Origin: Squalus acanthias
Taxonomy: Eukaryota
Reading direction: 5' to 3'
Assembly: GCA_030390025.1 (NCBI GenBank)
Contig: CM059432.1
Coordinates: 126,854,001 to 126,918,000 of the forward strand
DNA: 64,000 bases
Shown here: piece after piece, positions 61,211 through 64,000 of the stretch
Layout of the letters: each line of letters begins with the position of its first letter
Position numbering within the stretch: the stretch's first letter is position 1
The notes under the pieces: model-generated
Database searches by the model: none
What the model was told of the DNA's origin: nothing
Seen by the model: the letters and a program-made list of their open reading frames with translations, nothing else
Program-made: the position numbers and the translations under genes

Positions 61211-64000
61211 TCATAGAGTCATAGGGGGAAAAATTCGGTTGGTTAGCGCCTACCTTTAGCGCCACTGGGGGGCGCTAATGGGGCGCTAGGAACTTAGCGC
61301 CTGAGTGCAGTGATTTTGGCGCCACTCGCGAAATTGACCAGTCGTTTTGCGGCGGCTTTAAACACTACCACCACAATCTCCTGTGCCCGCAGATCATGAC
61401 GTCAGTCGAGCGTGCAACACCCCGGTAGCGCCCCAGACCGGATATTGAGTCGGGCCCCCTGCCTTAGCGCCTGCCGCTAGGAACGACAGGGAGAGGAGAA
61501 CGTTTTCAAGTCGGGAAGGGGCTGGGGGAGCACTATTTAAAGGCGGGCGCTTCCTGCCTTTTCTTGTCGGCAAAATTTTTGGTTTTAACGCTGTCCTAAG
61601 GCGTTTTGGCCCTCAGCACCACTTTTGAGGTTCCTAAGCGCCGAGCTCTTTCCATGGGCCTATCCATTAGTGCTTCCAACACAATTGCTTTTGAGGTCTC
61701 TCCAGGCCGAGATTCAAGGCTGCAATGAGCAGGGTGTGGCTGGCCAGCAAGATGGCCCCTCCCCTTTAAGAACTGGACGATGCCAGTCTGTCTGGCTTCC
61801 ATGGTAATTGGTATCGCCTGAGCTTCGGTAGTGTTCTGAGGTAGCGCCTCGCTCCCTGACGTTTGCACCTTAAGAGAGGTGTGTAGCGCCTGATTTAGTG
61901 CTCAAATCACCTCCAGGGGCGATAGAGGTGAAATTTGCAGTCGGAGGCGATAATTAGCGCCAGGCGCTAAACTTTGCGCCCAGCCGATATTAGCGCCCCA
62001 AAATGGGTGATACCAAATTTTTCTCCCATAGAGTCATAACGGCACAGAAGGAGGCCATTTGGCCTATCAAGTCCGTGCTGGCTCTCTGTAGAGCAATCCA
62101 GTCAGTCCCATTCCCCTGCTCTATCCCCGTAGCCCTGCAAGTTTATTTCCCTCAAGTGCCTATCCAGTCTCCCCTTGAAAATATTGAGTGTCTCCGCTTC
62201 CACCACTTCCGTTGGCAGCGATTTCCAGGTCCTTACCACTTGTTGCGTAAAAAAGTCTTCCCTCACATCCACCCTGTATCTCTTGCCCAAAAACTTAAAT
62301 CTGTGTCCCCTAGTCCTTGTACCATCAACTAGTGGGAACAGCCGTTGCCCGTCTAGCCTATCCAAACCCGTCATAATCTTGTACACCTCTATCAAATCAC
62401 CCCACAACCTCCTTTGCTCTAATGAAAACATTCAGCTTCTCCAACCTGTCCTTGTAGCTAAGATCCCCCATCCCCGGAACAATTCTGGTAAATCTCCTCT
62501 GCACCCTCTCAAGGGCCTTCACATCCTTCCTAAAGTTTGGTGACCAGAACTGGACACAATACTCCAGTTGTGGCCTAACCAACGCTTTATAAAGGTTCAG
62601 CATAACTTCTCTACTTTTGTACTCAATACCTCTATTTATGAAGCCCAAGATCCCATAAGCTTTGCTAACCACTCTCTCAATATGCCCTGCCACCTTCAGG
62701 GACCTATGCACATTAGCTCCCAGGTCCCTCTGTCCCTGCACACTCTTTAAAACTGTGCCATTAAGTGTACATTGCCTCTCTCTGTTCCTTCTGCCAAAAT
62801 GCATCACCTCATACTTCTCTGTATTAAATTCCATCTGCCACTTGTCTGCCCATTCTGCTAGCCTTTTTATGTCCTGTTGTAGTCAATTGGTGTCATCCTC
62901 ACTGTTTGCCATGCCCCCAAGTTTGGTGTCATTGGCAAATTTAGAAATTCTACTCTGTATTCCAATATCCAGGTCATTTATATATATCAAAAAAAGCAGT
63001 GGCCCCAGCACTGACCCTTGGGGAACACCACTGTCTATCATCCTCCAGTCTGAAAAACAGCCATTTACCACAACTCGCTGTTGTCTGTCCTTAAGCCAAT
63101 TCCTTATCCAAGCTGCCACTGACCCACTTATTCCATGAACCTCAATTTTGTTCACCAGCCTTCTATGTGGTACTTTGTCAAACGCCTTCCGAAAATCCAT
63201 GTAGACAACATCCATTGCATTCCCTTCATCAATTCTCCCTGTTACTTCATCAAAAAATTCAATTAGATTAGTCAAACACGATCTGCCTTTTACAAATCCG
63301 TGTTGGCTCTTCTTAATTAGCTTAAACCTCTCCAAGTGCCCATTAATTTTTTCCTTGATTATTGTTTCTAAAGCTTTACCCACCACTGATGTTAAACTGA
63401 CCGGCCTGTAGTTACTACAATTGTCCTTACACCCTTTCTTGAACAACGGTGTCACATTTGCCACTTTCCAATCCTCAGGCACCTCCCCCGCATCTAGGGA
63501 AGATTGGAAAATTATGGCAAGCCCTTCCGCTATTCCCTCCCCCAATTCCCTTAGCAACCTGGGATGCAAGCCATCTGGACCAGGCGACTTATCCACTCTA
63601 AGCATACCCAGCCTTTCTAGTACATCCTGTCTATCAATTTTCACCCCTTCCATTGTTTCTACCTTTTCCACTTCTGCTGATATTTTGTCAGCATCCACCT
63701 CCTTAGTAAACACCGATACAAAGTACTCATTGAGTTATTCTAGCCTTGCCCTGCGCCTCTAAGCATATATCACCTTCTTTGTCTCTAATAGGCCCCACCC
63801 CGCCTCTTAACACTCACTTACTGTTTACGTGCTGGTAGAAGATTTTTGGGTACCCCTTTTATGTTAACAGCCATTCTAATCTCATATTCTCTCTTTGCCA
63901 ATCTTATTTTCATCTTTACTTCCCCTCTCAACTTATTGTATTTGGTCTGGTTCTCCCTTGAAGAATTCACCTGACATTCATCATACACCCTCTTTTTTTG
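61211..64000 (-). mobile_element. CR1 LINE ORF2 (RT), continues beyond the window
   Basis: [42 protein letters not shown]; few stops; (ACTCTATG)n tail. Confidence 0.92.
61224..62027. mobile_element. Harbinger-type MITE, diverged relative of family A
   Basis: TIR GGGGGAAAAATT / AATTTTTCTCCC; TSD ATA; colinear with 20485-21378. Confidence 0.85.

Noticed and set aside
1..64000. CRISPR arrays, rRNA or tRNA genes, prokaryotic operons
   Set aside because: No repeat-spacer arrays or structural RNA genes seen; the sequence is vertebrate intronic and intergenic DNA.

Overview
Eukaryotic, vertebrate genomic DNA. The SINE/LINE repertoire (SacSINE1/DeuSINE-like, HE1/V-SINE-like, abundant CR1 and L2) suggests a cartilaginous fish; that is inference. 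The one host gene I recognise is UBR5 (EDD1, HECT E3 ligase) on the minus strand: CpG-island promoter at ~14.8-16.0 kb, coding exon 1 at 15412-15473 and exon 2 at 5670-5714, with later exons presumably left of the window. The ~48 kb upstream is a dense nest of transposable elements. It holds three Harbinger/PIF elements with recognisable transposase remnants (two also carry the convergent Myb/SANT gene), three internally deleted Harbingers, many Harbinger- and hAT-type MITEs with TSDs, CR1/L2 LINE fragments and a solo LTR. It also holds Penelope-like elements (PLEs), including a young RT+GIY-YIG copy with a ~750-bp inverted arm. Most notable: (i) minimal hammerhead-ribozyme motifs in PLE termini and in tiny TSD-flanked palindromic PLE derivatives that share one asymmetric architecture; (ii) three different Harbinger MITEs inserted at the same position of CR1 3' tails, which supply a palindromic target; (iii) Harbinger derivatives that lost the DDE core but kept Myb/SANT sequence, whose coiled coil varies in heptad multiples. 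Most ORFs in the track are spurious or TE fragments. TE boundaries without a TSD are approximate, and family names come from motif recognition, not database searches.
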